Below, one piece after another: positions 19,560-29,125 of a DNA stretch of 64,000 nt. The first letter of the stretch is position 1, and each line of letters opens with the position of its first letter. The position numbers were made by a program, and so were the translations under genes. The notes under the pieces are model-generated. The model saw only the letters and a program-made list of their open reading frames with translations, had not been told where the DNA came from and did no database searches. Origin of the DNA: Candidatus Woesebacteria bacterium (lineage in GTDB: Bacteria; Patescibacteriota; Microgenomatia; UBA8517); assembly GCA_016432525.1 (NCBI GenBank), contig CP066693.1, positions 288,815-352,814 of the forward strand. The letters are read 5' to 3'.

Positions 19560-20759
19560 ATGGCAGCAGATACAAAACAAAAATTTGAAAGAAACAAGCC
19601 ACATGTCAATATTGGTACTATTGGCCATGTCGATCATGGAAAAACCACTTTAACTTCAGCTATTGCAACAGTTCTCTCAAAACAACCAGGTAACAAAACC
19701 AAAGCAATGAAATATGATGAAATTGATAATGCCCCAGAAGAAAAAGCTCGTGGAGTCACCATTAATATTACCCACGTTGAATACGAAACAGAAAAACGCC
19801 ATTATGCTCACATCGATGCTCCTGGGCACGCAGATTACATTAAAAACATGATTACAGGTGCAGCTCAAATGGATGGAGCAATACTTGTAGTTTCAGCAGC
19901 TGATGGAAAAATGCCGCAAACAACCGAACATGTTATTTTAGCTCGCCAGGTTAATGTTCCAGCACTCGTTGTTTTCTTAAACAAATGTGACATGGTCGAT
20001 GATAAAGAAATTCTTGATTTAGTTGAGCAAGAAATTAGAGACTTACTTAAAAAATACAACTTTCCAGGAGATGAAGTTCCAATTATAAGAGGATCAGCTC
20101 TCAAAGCTTTGGAAGGTGACAAAGAATACGAACAAAAAATTCTCGATCTTATGAAAGCAGTTGATGATTATATTCCAGATCCAAAAAGAGAAACAGATAA
20201 ACCATTTTTAATGCCAGTTGAGGATGTTTTCTCAATTAAAGGTCGCGGAACAGTAGTCACAGGTAGAGTTGAACGTGGAGTTTTGAAAGTTAACGAAGAA
20301 ATTGAAATTGTTGGAATTAAAGATACCAAAAAAACTGTTGTCACAGGACTTGAAATGTTTAGAAAAACTCTTGATGAAACCCAAGCAGGAGATAATGTTG
20401 GAGTACTTTTAAGAGGAGTTGAAAAAGATGACGTTGAACGTGGTCAAGTTCTTGCAAAACCAGGCTCAATTACACCTCACACAGAATTTGATGCAGAAGT
20501 CTACATCCTTTCAAAAGAAGAGGGAGGCAGACACACACCATTCTTTACAGGTTATAAGCCACAATTTTTCATAAGAACTGCAGATGTTACAGGAGATGTA
20601 ACTCTTCCAGAAGGAATTGAAATGGTTATTCCAGGTGACAATGCCAAAATGAAAGTTAAATTAATAGTTCCAGTAGCAATGGAAGAAGGACTTAGATTCG
20701 CAATCAGAGAAGGTGGTAAAACAGTTGGAGCTGGAGTTATCACCAAAATTAATAAATAA
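19560..20759 (+). CDS. tuf: elongation factor Tu
   Basis: [23 protein letters not shown] and a conserved EF-Tu C-terminus. Confidence 0.97.
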   Translation: MAADTKQKFERNKPHVNIGTIGHVDHGKTTLTSAIATVLSKQPGNKTKAMKYDEIDNAPEEKARGVTINITHVEYETEKRHYAHIDAPGHADYIKNMITGAAQMDGAILVVSAADGKMPQTTEHVILARQVNVPALVVFLNKCDMVDDKEILDLVEQEIRDLLKKYNFPGDEVPIIRGSALKALEGDKEYEQKILDLMKAVDDYIPDPKRETDKPFLMPVEDVFSIKGRGTVVTGRVERGVLKVNEEIEIVGIKDTKKTVVTGLEMFRKTLDETQAGDNVGVLLRGVEKDDVERGQVLAKPGSITPHTEFDAEVYILSKEEGGRHTPFFTGYKPQFFIRTADVTGDVTLPEGIEMVIPGDNAKMKVKLIVPVAMEEGLRFAIREGGKTVGAGVITKINK

Positions 20760-20784
20760 TACTGCACCTTAGAAAAATTTTTTT

Positions 20785-21093
20785 ATGCCGCAAGGTCGCT
20801 TAAGAGTAAAACTTAAAAGCTATGATCACCGCGTGATTGATGATGCAGCAGGTAAGATCTTAGATACCGCGATCACCACAGGGGCCAAAATTGTTGGCCC
20901 TATTCCTCTTCCTACAAAACGAACAATCGTTGCAGTTGGTACTTCCCCTTTTACAGACAAAGATGCTCGTGAGCATTATGAAATGTTAGTCCACAAAAGA
21001 TTAATTGATATTATTGACCCCTCAGATAGAACTATTGATAGCTTGTCTAACTTAGATCTCCCAGCTGGTGTCAGTATTGAGATTAAGATGTAG
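20785..21093 (+). CDS. rpsJ: 30S ribosomal protein S10
   Basis: S10 family (RLRVKLKSYDHRVID...GPIPLPT). Confidence 0.95.
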   Translation: MPQGRLRVKLKSYDHRVIDDAAGKILDTAITTGAKIVGPIPLPTKRTIVAVGTSPFTDKDAREHYEMLVHKRLIDIIDPSDRTIDSLSNLDLPAGVSIEIKM

Positions 21094-21456
21094 CCTTCTT
21101 GTACTCCCTCGCTAGCCTTAACTGTGTCCTTACAATTAAATCAAAAGCTTTTTTGGCCCTTTCATCTTTAGTTCCAATTGCAAACTTTATTCTCTCGCGA
21201 ATCTGGTCAGCCTCCTCAAGACTCCCCATTCCCAAACTGCAAAACTCTCTCTTTTTGGCCACAGTCAGCTACAGCATTTGCAATTCTTTCAATCTCTCTA
21301 CTCATCGATTCGCTATAAGATCTCTCGCCCATTTTTCAAAGTATTATATAACACTTACTAGCCTTGCGATAAGCATAATAATTTGTTATAATCTCATCTA
21401 CATGGAGGTGTCATACATTAACTAGCCTCTAAAGCTCAAGGAAGATGCCAATTAAA

Positions 21457-21479
21457 GGGCGCCTCCGAGCGCCTTTTTT
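21457..21479 (+). terminator. terminator/attenuator-like hairpin immediately upstream of rplC
   Basis: stem gggcgc/gcgcct with loop ctccga, followed by TTTTTT; it is preceded by a TG-extended TATAAT (21383-21391) and a 7-codon ORF MEVSYIN. Confidence 0.45.
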
Positions 21480-21494
21480 AGTGGAGAAATAAAA

Positions 21495-22130
21495 ATGATT
21501 AATACAATTTTGGCCGAAAAAGGAAAAATGAGTCAAGCCTTTGTAGAAGGAGCAAGAACTCCTGTCACAAAACTAAAGGCCGATCCTTGTGTTGTCACAC
21601 AAATCAAAACCCTAGACAAGGATGGTTATTGGGCAATTCAACTTGGATCTGGAACTAAAAAAATCAAAAATACCACAAAACCACTTCTAGGACACTTCAA
21701 AAAAATACTTCAAAAAGATCAAAAAACAGCCCCCCACAATCTAAGAGAAGTAAAACTTTCAGAAGAACCAGCTTTTAAGGTTGGAGATTTGCTCTCAGCC
21801 TCAGATGTTTTAAAAGTTGGGGATTTTGTAGCAGTTACAGCAGTCTCTAAAGGAAAAGGATTTGCAGGAGTAGTTAAACGCCATCACTTTGCCGGAGGCC
21901 CAAAAACTCATGGCCAATCAGATAGACTTCGCGCTCCAGGTTCAATTGGCCAAGGAACAACCCCAGGTCGCGTCTACAAAGGAAAAAGAATGGCAGGAAG
22001 AATGGGTAATGTTACAATCACAACTAAAAATTTACAAATCGTAAAAATTGACAAAAGTTCAAACCAACTTGAAATCAAAGGTACAATCCCAGGCAGAGTA
22101 GGAACCCTCGTTAGAATCACAAAAATATGA
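21495..22130 (+). CDS. rplC: 50S ribosomal protein L3
   Basis: L3 family sequence; first gene of the S10-operon body. Confidence 0.93.
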   Translation: MINTILAEKGKMSQAFVEGARTPVTKLKADPCVVTQIKTLDKDGYWAIQLGSGTKKIKNTTKPLLGHFKKILQKDQKTAPHNLREVKLSEEPAFKVGDLLSASDVLKVGDFVAVTAVSKGKGFAGVVKRHHFAGGPKTHGQSDRLRAPGSIGQGTTPGRVYKGKRMAGRMGNVTITTKNLQIVKIDKSSNQLEIKGTIPGRVGTLVRITKI

Positions 22131-22765
22131 AAGCTGCAACATTCACAATAACAGGAAAAAAGCTTGAGCCAACCATTCTTCCAAAAGAATGGAAAGAGGA
22201 CAAAAATTTAAATCTTGTTTCTCAGGCAGTGCATGTTTATGAAGATAGGCTCCATAAAGGCCACAGAAAGGCTCAGACTCGGGCAGAAGTAAATAGAACT
22301 AAGAAAAAACTTTTCAAACAAAAAGGAACTGGAAATGCAAGACATGGATCCAGATCAGCTCCAATTTTTGTAGGTGGTGGAGTAGCTCACGGTCCAAGAC
22401 CAATTAAAAAGGTTTTGTATCTTTCATCTAAAATGAAGAGAAAATCCCTCCTTGCCTCACTCGCTTTAAAATCCAAAAATTCCGAAAGCATAGTTGTAAA
22501 AGATCTTGAAAAAATTAAAAAAACAAAGGAAGCCCAAAAATTTTTAGATGCAGCAAAAATTACAAATAGAAGAACTTTTGTTTTAAAAGAGGGCTCAGTT
22601 AGAAAAGTCCTCAAAAATCTTGAAAATACAAATATAAAACTTTTCTCTGATTTAAATACTTATGACGTTCTCTTTGGTGGAACTTTGATTTTTGACTCAG
22701 CTGTTTTTGAAAAACCTAAAAAAGAAACAAAAAAAGTAACTAAAACAACCAAAAAAGAAAAATGA
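22127..22765 (+). CDS. rplD: 50S ribosomal protein L4
   Basis: L4 family, position after rplC, Lys-rich C-terminal tail. Confidence 0.9.
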   Translation: MKAATFTITGKKLEPTILPKEWKEDKNLNLVSQAVHVYEDRLHKGHRKAQTRAEVNRTKKKLFKQKGTGNARHGSRSAPIFVGGGVAHGPRPIKKVLYLSSKMKRKSLLASLALKSKNSESIVVKDLEKIKKTKEAQKFLDAAKITNRRTFVLKEGSVRKVLKNLENTNIKLFSDLNTYDVLFGGTLIFDSAVFEKPKKETKKVTKTTKKEK

Positions 22766-23058
22766 AAATAAAACCAGTAATTTCTGAAAAAAGCTTAAAT
22801 GAAGCAAAATCCGGTAAATATACTTTTTTGTTTCCAATAAAAGTTACAAAGCCAGAAATTAAAAAGTTAGTTGACCAGATTTTTGATGTCCATGTGCTAA
22901 CAGTCAAAACAATAACCAAAAAAGGCGGATCTCGACTTACAATGTTGGGCAAAAAACAGTCTATAAAATCTATCAAAAAGGCAGTTGTAACTCTTAAAGA
23001 AGGAGAAAAAATAGAAATTTTTGATGTAAAGAAAGAAAAATCTAAAAAGAAAAAATGA
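22762..23058 (+). CDS. rplW: 50S ribosomal protein L23
   Basis: L23 family, conserved operon position. Confidence 0.9.
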   Translation: MKIKPVISEKSLNEAKSGKYTFLFPIKVTKPEIKKLVDQIFDVHVLTVKTITKKGGSRLTMLGKKQSIKSIKKAVVTLKEGEKIEIFDVKKEKSKKKK

Positions 23059-23807
23059 AAAAACTAAAAACAATATTAGCTAAAAAATCAGGAAGAAATG
23101 CATCAGGTAGAGTAACTGTTCGCCATCAAGGTGGCCGCCACAAAAGATATTTAAGATCGATTGATTGGAAAAGAGATAAAACTGATATTTTGGGAAAAGT
23201 TGAAAGTATTGAATATGATCCAAACAGAAATGCTCGTTTGGCCAAAATTCTTTACGAAGATGGTGAAAGACGATATATTGTTGCGCCAATTGATTTAAAT
23301 GTCAGCTCTCGTGTGATCTCAAGTGCAGAAGCTCCAATTGAGCCAGGGAATGCTCTTCCGCTTTCAAAAATTCCAGTCGGAACAAGTATCCACAACATTG
23401 AAATACGGCCAGGCAAAGGCGCTCAAATCGTCAAAAGTGCAGGCTCATATGCTGTAGTACAAGGTCGCGAAGAGTATTACACTTTAGTGAAACTCCCATC
23501 AGGAGAAATTAAAAGATTTAACCCAAGTTGTTTAGCAACTGTAGGACAGATAGGAAATCCTGAGGCTCGTACTCGAATTCTTGGAAAAGCAGGAATTAAA
23601 AGAAGAATGGGAATTCGTCCAACTGTAAGAGGTGTTGCTCAAAATCCTCATTCTCATCCCCACGGAGGAGGAGAAGGCCGATCATCTGTAGGACTTAAGT
23701 ATCCAAAAACACCATGGGGTAAGAAAGCTGTCGGAAATACAAGAAAAAGAGTAAAATACTCGGACGAGTTTATTGTAACCGGCAGAAAGAAAGGAAAGCA
23801 TAACTAA
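23055..23807 (+). CDS. rplB: 50S ribosomal protein L2
   Basis: [20 protein letters not shown] and HPHGGGEGR motifs. Confidence 0.95.
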   Translation: MKKLKTILAKKSGRNASGRVTVRHQGGRHKRYLRSIDWKRDKTDILGKVESIEYDPNRNARLAKILYEDGERRYIVAPIDLNVSSRVISSAEAPIEPGNALPLSKIPVGTSIHNIEIRPGKGAQIVKSAGSYAVVQGREEYYTLVKLPSGEIKRFNPSCLATVGQIGNPEARTRILGKAGIKRRMGIRPTVRGVAQNPHSHPHGGGEGRSSVGLKYPKTPWGKKAVGNTRKRVKYSDEFIVTGRKKGKHN

Positions 23808-24088
23808 TGTCACGAAGTAGCAAAAAAGGTCCATACGTAGATGAACGCCTTGTCAAAAAGGTTGAGAAAGGTATGGGCACAAAAGAAAATCCAATTAAAA
23901 CCTGGAGCAGAGCATGTCAAATTTCACCAGAATTTGTTGGAAAATATTTTTCAGTTCACAATGGTCGTTCTTTCACTCAAGTTTTTGTAGTCGAAGATAT
24001 GGTTGGTCATAGACTTGGAGAATTTGCTCCAACCAGAACATTCCACGGACATGGACAAGTTGTTAAAAGGACAATAGATAAGACCTAA
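23807..24088 (+). CDS. rpsS: 30S ribosomal protein S19
   Basis: [12 protein letters not shown]...VHNGR...[13 protein letters not shown]. Confidence 0.95.
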   Translation: MSRSSKKGPYVDERLVKKVEKGMGTKENPIKTWSRACQISPEFVGKYFSVHNGRSFTQVFVVEDMVGHRLGEFAPTRTFHGHGQVVKRTIDKT

Positions 24089-24092
24089 AAAT

Positions 24093-24440
24093 ATGAAAGA
24101 CTATACATCAACTCAAAAATTTGTTCGTATTAGCCCAAGAAAAGTAAGGTTAGTTACAGACGCCATAAAAGATATGAAACCAATGGATGCAATCGAAGTT
24201 TTACCTTTGACAGCAAAGCGTGCTGCTCTTCCAGTTTTAAAAGTCATAAAAACTGCAATTGCAAACGCAGTCTCTCAAGGAGCAAATCAAAAAAATCTTT
24301 ATTTTAAAGAAATCCAAGTTGGCGAAGGCCCAAGATTAAAACGTGGAAATCCTGCATCCCGCGGAATGTTTAAGCCATACAAAAAAAGAATGAGTCATAT
24401 AAGAGTAGTTATATTTGAAAAAAATGGGACAAAAAGTTAA
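24093..24440 (+). CDS. rplV: 50S ribosomal protein L22
   Basis: L22 family, operon position. Confidence 0.9.
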   Translation: MKDYTSTQKFVRISPRKVRLVTDAIKDMKPMDAIEVLPLTAKRAALPVLKVIKTAIANAVSQGANQKNLYFKEIQVGEGPRLKRGNPASRGMFKPYKKRMSHIRVVIFEKNGTKS

Positions 24441-25077
24441 TCCAACAAATTTTAGAACCGGTAATTACATGACCTGGAAATCCAGGTGGTTTCATGATTC
24501 TAAAAATTATAAAAATTTTCTTTTTGAAGATATTCAAATCAGAAAATTGCTTTTGGAAAAATTAAAACTTGCAGGAGTTGCTCTAATTGAAATCGAGCGC
24601 CTTCCCAAAAGCATAGTTATAATATTAACAGTTGCACGCCCTGGTGTTGTAATTGGCCGCGGGGGGAGCGGAATCGAAGATGTCAAAAAAGGATTAGTTT
24701 CACTTTTGACAAAAATAAGAAAAGAAAAACCAAAAGATCTAAAAATTGACCTCAAAGTTCAGGAAGTCAAAAATCCAGAAATATCGGCTTATCTTGTTGC
24801 AACAAGGATTGCCTCCGATTTGGAACGTCGCCTTCCTCACAGAAGAGTTGTCACAAAAACAATGGAACGCGTGATGAGTGCAGGTGCCAAAGGTATAAAA
24901 ATTACAATTGGTGGCCGTATTCAGGGAGCAGATATAGCTCGTGTTGAAAAATTCCACGTTGGATCAGTTCCAACTCAAACATTACGAGAGAATATAGATT
25001 ACGCTCAAGTTCCAGCAATGGGTGTAAGAGGTTACGTCGGTGTAAAAGTTTGGATTTATAAAAAGCAAGAAGACTAA
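24415..25077 (+). CDS. rpsC: 30S ribosomal protein S3
   Basis: MGQKVNPTNFR start (likely true start 24424), KH and S3-C domains. Confidence 0.93.
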   Translation: MKKMGQKVNPTNFRTGNYMTWKSRWFHDSKNYKNFLFEDIQIRKLLLEKLKLAGVALIEIERLPKSIVIILTVARPGVVIGRGGSGIEDVKKGLVSLLTKIRKEKPKDLKIDLKVQEVKNPEISAYLVATRIASDLERRLPHRRVVTKTMERVMSAGAKGIKITIGGRIQGADIARVEKFHVGSVPTQTLRENIDYAQVPAMGVRGYVGVKVWIYKKQED

Positions 25078-25485
25078 ATGTTACAACCAAAAAGACAAAA
25101 ACACAGAAAAATGTTTAGAGGCAGAATGAGAGGAACTGAGACTCGTGGAACAGAAATAAGTTTTGGCGAATTAGGGCTTAAAGCGCAAGAAAGAGGAAAT
25201 TTATCAGCAAACCAAATTGAAGCAGCCCGTAGAACTATTACAAATGAACTAAAAAGAAAAGGTCGCGTTTGGATTCGAGTTTTTCCCGATAAACCAATAA
25301 CAAAAAGAGGCCCTGGTCAAAGAATGGGTGGAGGAAAAGGCGACATAGATCATTATGCAGCTGTAATAAAACCAGGCCGCGTTATTCTTGAAATTGCAGG
25401 AGCCCAAGAAGATACAGGAATAATAGCTTTAAAAAAAGCAGCCAGAAAATTGCCTTTTAAAACAAAAATAATTTCTAAAGAATAA
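25078..25485 (+). CDS. rplP: 50S ribosomal protein L16
   Basis: MLQPKRQKHRK...FGELGL. Confidence 0.95.
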   Translation: MLQPKRQKHRKMFRGRMRGTETRGTEISFGELGLKAQERGNLSANQIEAARRTITNELKRKGRVWIRVFPDKPITKRGPGQRMGGGKGDIDHYAAVIKPGRVILEIAGAQEDTGIIALKKAARKLPFKTKIISKE

Positions 25486-25488
25486 AAT

Positions 25489-25632
25489 ATGGAAAAAACC
25501 CTTATAGAACTAAAAAAAGAATATGCCAAAACCTTGATGGATATTTATACTGGAAAAGAAAAAAATCTTAAAAAGGGAAGTCTGTTACGAAAAGAAATCG
25601 CAAGAACGTTAGAAAGGTATAAAAAAGTATGA
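25489..25632 (+). CDS. rpmC: 50S ribosomal protein L29
   Basis: 47-aa ORF MEKTLIELKKEYAKTLMDIY...LRKEIARTLERYKKV, not in the supplied ORF track (<60 aa); it fills the rplP-rpsQ gap and its stop overlaps the rpsQ start. Confidence 0.8.
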   Translation: MEKTLIELKKEYAKTLMDIYTGKEKNLKKGSLLRKEIARTLERYKKV

Positions 25633-25859
25633 AAATTTTTACAGGAAAAGTAGTTTCACTTAAAAACAACAAAACGGCCAATGTAGAAGTAGAGAGGATA
25701 GTTTCTCATCCTGTCTATAAAAAATCAATGAAAAAAACTAAAAAATACCATGTTCACGACGAAATTGGAACAAAATTAGGCGATGTAGTAAAATTTGTCG
25801 CAACTGCCCCAATTAGCAAAACAAAAAGACATAAAATTTTAGAAATAATTAAAAAATGA
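25629..25859 (+). CDS. rpsQ: 30S ribosomal protein S17
   Basis: S17 family sequence. Confidence 0.93.
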   Translation: MKIFTGKVVSLKNNKTANVEVERIVSHPVYKKSMKKTKKYHVHDEIGTKLGDVVKFVATAPISKTKRHKILEIIKK

Positions 25860-26221
25860 TTCAACTAAGGTCAGTTCTAAAACCTGCTGATAATTCAGGA
25901 GCTAAACTCTTGATGGTTGTTGGAATTTCAACAAAAATTGGCAAAAAAGCAACGATTGCCGATGTGGTTCGCTGTGTAGTCCACGGTGCAGATAGTGGCA
26001 GTGTTGTTACAAATAAAGAAAAAGTAGAAGTTGTAATTGTGAGAACAAGAAAAGAAATAAAAAGAAAAGACGGAAGCTACATCAGATTTGATGACAATGC
26101 AGGAGTTGTTATTGATAAACAAGGGCTACCTCGAGGAACCCGTGTTTTAGGTCCAGTTGCTCGCGAAGTAAAAGAAAAAGGTTTTACAAAAATAGCGTCA
26201 CTCGCAAGGGAGGTAGTATAA
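25856..26221 (+). CDS. rplN: 50S ribosomal protein L14
   Basis: MIQLRSVLKPADNSGAK...RFDDNAGVVID. Confidence 0.95.
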   Translation: MIQLRSVLKPADNSGAKLLMVVGISTKIGKKATIADVVRCVVHGADSGSVVTNKEKVEVVIVRTRKEIKRKDGSYIRFDDNAGVVIDKQGLPRGTRVLGPVAREVKEKGFTKIASLAREVV

Positions 26222-26222
26222 A

Positions 26223-26534
26223 ATGCTTAAATTTAAAAAAGAAGACACAGTTAAAATAACAAGCGGAAAAGATAAAAGCAGAGAAGGCAAAATTGAAAAA
26301 ATTGATCAAAAAAATAAAACAGCAATTATTGCCGGAATCAATATTTACAAAAAACATGTAAAAGCCGCCCTTACAGCCGACAAAAAAGGTGGAATTTTTG
26401 AAATCCCTCGCCCTCTTCCTTTTTCAAAAATTGCCCTAATTTGTCCAAATTGTAAAAAAGTAACTAGAGTAAGTTTTGCTATTACAAAAGATAAAAAAGA
26501 AAGGATTTGTATAAAATGCAAGAAAAAAATATAA
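26223..26534 (+). CDS. rplX: 50S ribosomal protein L24 with a C-terminal zinc-ribbon extension
   Basis: KOW-type L24 N-terminus (KKEDTVKITSGKDKSREGKI) plus CPNCKK...CIKCKK at the C-terminus. Confidence 0.88.
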   Translation: MLKFKKEDTVKITSGKDKSREGKIEKIDQKNKTAIIAGINIYKKHVKAALTADKKGGIFEIPRPLPFSKIALICPNCKKVTRVSFAITKDKKERICIKCKKKI

Positions 26535-27007
26535 AGAATAAACTATCTCTACCTAAAGTTGAAAAAATTGTCATAAATACTGGAACAGCCGATCTTGCCA
26601 AAAACAAAGAAAGCTGGGAAAAATTAATTTCAGATTTAGCTAAAATCTCAGGTCAAAAACCAAAAGTAACTAGAGCAAAAGTTTCTATCGCTGGCTTTAA
26701 TTTAAGAGAAGGTCAGTTAGTTGGCCTGAAAGTTACCTTAAGACATGCTAAAATGCAAGGTTTCCAGGAAAAACTTACAAAAGTAATTTTGCCTAGGTTG
26801 AGAGATTTTAGAGGAATTCCTAAAAGAGGTTTTGACAAAAACGGAAATTACACCCTAGGTTTGGCAGAACACACAGTTTTTCCAGAAATTGACATCACAA
26901 AAGTAGATCGCCCAAGAGGACTTGAAATAACGATAGTAACAAACGCGGGTTCTCCCGAAAAAGGATTTGAATTGTTAAAGTCCCTAGGGTTCCCTTTCGA
27001 GAAATAA
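26507..27007 (+). CDS. rplE: 50S ribosomal protein L5
   Basis: L5 family ([31 protein letters not shown]). Confidence 0.93.
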   Translation: MYKMQEKNIKNKLSLPKVEKIVINTGTADLAKNKESWEKLISDLAKISGQKPKVTRAKVSIAGFNLREGQLVGLKVTLRHAKMQGFQEKLTKVILPRLRDFRGIPKRGFDKNGNYTLGLAEHTVFPEIDITKVDRPRGLEITIVTNAGSPEKGFELLKSLGFPFEK

Positions 27008-27011
27008 AAAT

Positions 27012-27197
27012 ATGGCAACAACAGCAAAAGAAGTAAGAGAAACAAAAAAACTAAAATACAAAATTAGATACAGAAATAGATGTAAAATCTGTGGCCGTCC
27101 TCGTGGGTATATTAGAAAATTTGGTCTTTGTAGACTTTGTTTTAGAGAATTTGCCGCCAAGGGTGAAATTCCAGGAATTAGAAAGGCAAGTTGGTAA
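27012..27197 (+). CDS. rpsZ: 30S ribosomal protein S14 type Z (zinc-binding)
   Basis: 61 aa, [23 protein letters not shown]. Confidence 0.93.
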   Translation: MATTAKEVRETKKLKYKIRYRNRCKICGRPRGYIRKFGLCRLCFREFAAKGEIPGIRKASW

Positions 27198-27203
27198 AAT
27201 AAT

Positions 27204-27584
27204 ATGACAAATTATAAAGTCGGAGACTTCTTGATACAAGTTAAAAATGCAGCTCGTGCAAAAAAGAAAGAATTAACTCTCGATTCAACAAAATTGATAA
27301 AAGCAGTTTGTGCTGTTCTCAAAAAAGAAGGAGTTATTGATTCATTTGAAGAAAAAGAGGGGCTTCTAAAAATTAAATTAAGCTACAAAAGAAAAGAACC
27401 AGTTCTTTTTGATTTAAAACTCGTATCAAAACCAGGTCTTAGGGTTTACAAAAATGCTGAAGAAATACTATTCCGAAAAGATAAATCATCTATTTTTATT
27501 CTTTCAACATCAAAAGGAGTTATCTCCTCAAACGATGTTGAAAAATTAAAAGTAGGAGGAGAATTAATAGCAAAAATATATTAA
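27204..27584 (+). CDS. rpsH: 30S ribosomal protein S8
   Basis: S8 family, operon position. Confidence 0.92.
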   Translation: MTNYKVGDFLIQVKNAARAKKKELTLDSTKLIKAVCAVLKKEGVIDSFEEKEGLLKIKLSYKRKEPVLFDLKLVSKPGLRVYKNAEEILFRKDKSSIFILSTSKGVISSNDVEKLKVGGELIAKIY

Positions 27585-27586
27585 AT

Positions 27587-28129
27587 ATGGCAAGATTTGG
27601 AAGTTTACCAGTAAAAATCGCAAAAGATGTAACCGTCAAGATAGAGGAAGGTCAGATCAAAGTTTTAGGTCCAAAAGGCGAGCTTAAAAAAAAGTTACCT
27701 CTTGATGTAACCGTAAAACAAATCGATGACCAAATTTTTGTAGAGACAAAAGGGGGTTCCAAACAAGCTTTGTCAGACCAAGGAACAACAAAATCCCATA
27801 TCACTAATATGGTTAAAGGTGTGAGTGTTGGTTTTGTTAAATCTCTTGAGTTAGTAGGAACTGGTTTTAAAGCAGAGCTTAAAGGTGAAGATTTAATTTT
27901 AACTGTAGGATATTCTCATCCAGTTGAAGTAAAGAAAATTGAAGGCGTCAAATTTTCAATTGAGAAAAATTTTGTACATCTAGAAGGTATAGACCTTGAA
28001 AAAGTAACCTCTCTTGCAGCCAAAATCAAAAAAATAAGAAAACCAGATCCATATCAAGGAAAAGGTATTAAATATAAAGATGAAATTTTACGCAAAAAAC
28101 CAGGAAAACAAGCAGCTAAAGGAGTATGA
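27587..28129 (+). CDS. rplF: 50S ribosomal protein L6
   Basis: L6 family, two repeated domains. Confidence 0.92.
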   Translation: MARFGSLPVKIAKDVTVKIEEGQIKVLGPKGELKKKLPLDVTVKQIDDQIFVETKGGSKQALSDQGTTKSHITNMVKGVSVGFVKSLELVGTGFKAELKGEDLILTVGYSHPVEVKKIEGVKFSIEKNFVHLEGIDLEKVTSLAAKIKKIRKPDPYQGKGIKYKDEILRKKPGKQAAKGV

Positions 28130-28455
28130 AAAAACTAAAACTAAGAAAAAAAATTAGAAGCAAGATTAGTGGTACTGCCACTCGTCCAAGACTAAACATA
28201 TTTAAATCAAATAAATATGTTTACGCCCAAATTATTGATGACGAAAAAGGACATACTCTAATTGGTATTTCTCAAAAATCTATCAAAGACAAAGGAAACA
28301 AAACTCAAAAGGCAGTTATTTTAGGTGAACAATTAGCCGAAAAAGCTTTGGAAAAGAAAATTAAAAAAGTAGTTTTTGATAGAGGAATATATAGATATCA
28401 TGGGCGAATCAAAGCTCTAGCAGATGCTGCTCGCAAAAAAGGTTTAATTTTTTAA
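28126..28455 (+). CDS. rplR: 50S ribosomal protein L18
   Basis: L18 family (YVYAQIIDDEKGHTLIGIS). Confidence 0.92.
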   Translation: MKKLKLRKKIRSKISGTATRPRLNIFKSNKYVYAQIIDDEKGHTLIGISQKSIKDKGNKTQKAVILGEQLAEKALEKKIKKVVFDRGIYRYHGRIKALADAARKKGLIF

Positions 28456-28458
28456 ATT

Positions 28459-28905
28459 ATGGAAAAAGAATTTAGCGAAAAAGTAGTACAAATAAACAGA
28501 ATCAGCAAAAAAACAAAAGGCGGAAACAAAATGAGATTCGCCGCTCTTGTTGTAGTTGGTGATAAAAAAGGTAAAGTCGGAGCAGGTGTTGCAAAAGCTT
28601 TAGACGTTCGAACGGCAATTCAAAAAGCTTCCCGCGTTGCTCAAAGAAAAATGATCCAAATCCCGCTCAAAAATACCACCATTCCATATCAAGTAACCCA
28701 AAAATATAAAGCAGCAAAAGTCTTGTTAAAACCGGCTTCAGTTGGATCTGGAATTATCGCAGGAGGGTCAATTAGAGTAGTATTAGAATTAGGCGGAGTC
28801 CGCGATGCAGTTGGAAAGATTTTGGGCAGCAAGAATAAAATCACAAATATATACGCAACTTTAGAAGCTCTAAAAACACTTGAAAAACTAAGAGGTTCAA
28901 AATGA
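28459..28905 (+). CDS. rpsE: 30S ribosomal protein S5
   Basis: S5 family ([30 protein letters not shown]). Confidence 0.93.
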   Translation: MEKEFSEKVVQINRISKKTKGGNKMRFAALVVVGDKKGKVGAGVAKALDVRTAIQKASRVAQRKMIQIPLKNTTIPYQVTQKYKAAKVLLKPASVGSGIIAGGSIRVVLELGGVRDAVGKILGSKNKITNIYATLEALKTLEKLRGSK

Positions 28906-29123
28906 TTAAATTACCAAAAGTAAAATATAAAACAAAAAAAAGAGTGGGTCGTGGCCATGGTTCTGGAAAAGGAGCTCATACGGCAGGAAGAGGCCAAAAA
29001 GGTCAAAAAGCAAGAGAAAAAGTACACATCTTGTTTGAAGGATTAAAAGTTAAAAAATCATTAATCAAAAGACTGCCAAAATTACGAGGAAAAGGAAAAT
29101 TTAAAGCAAAAAAGAAAAAATAA
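28902..29123 (+). CDS. rplO: 50S ribosomal protein L15, N-terminal extension domain only (73 aa)
   Basis: [26 protein letters not shown]...RLPK matches the L15 N-terminal region; the C-terminal globular half (~70 aa) is absent and secY follows immediately; no L30 gene lies between rpsE and rplO. Confidence 0.8.
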   Translation: MIKLPKVKYKTKKRVGRGHGSGKGAHTAGRGQKGQKAREKVHILFEGLKVKKSLIKRLPKLRGKGKFKAKKKK

Positions 29124-29125
29124 TA

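Noticed and set aside
21099-21425. 108-aa plus-strand ORF in the rpsJ-rplC insert
   Set aside because: The translation is low-complexity (S/L/I/N-rich) with no start context. The region is better explained by a minus-strand small ORF and a plus-strand promoter/terminator leader, described in the findings.
22700-23060. Lys-rich repetitive stretches (aaaaaagaaa…) at the 3' ends of rplD and rplW
   Set aside because: These are ordinary lysine-rich C-terminal tails of ribosomal proteins in an AT-rich genome, not a repeat element.
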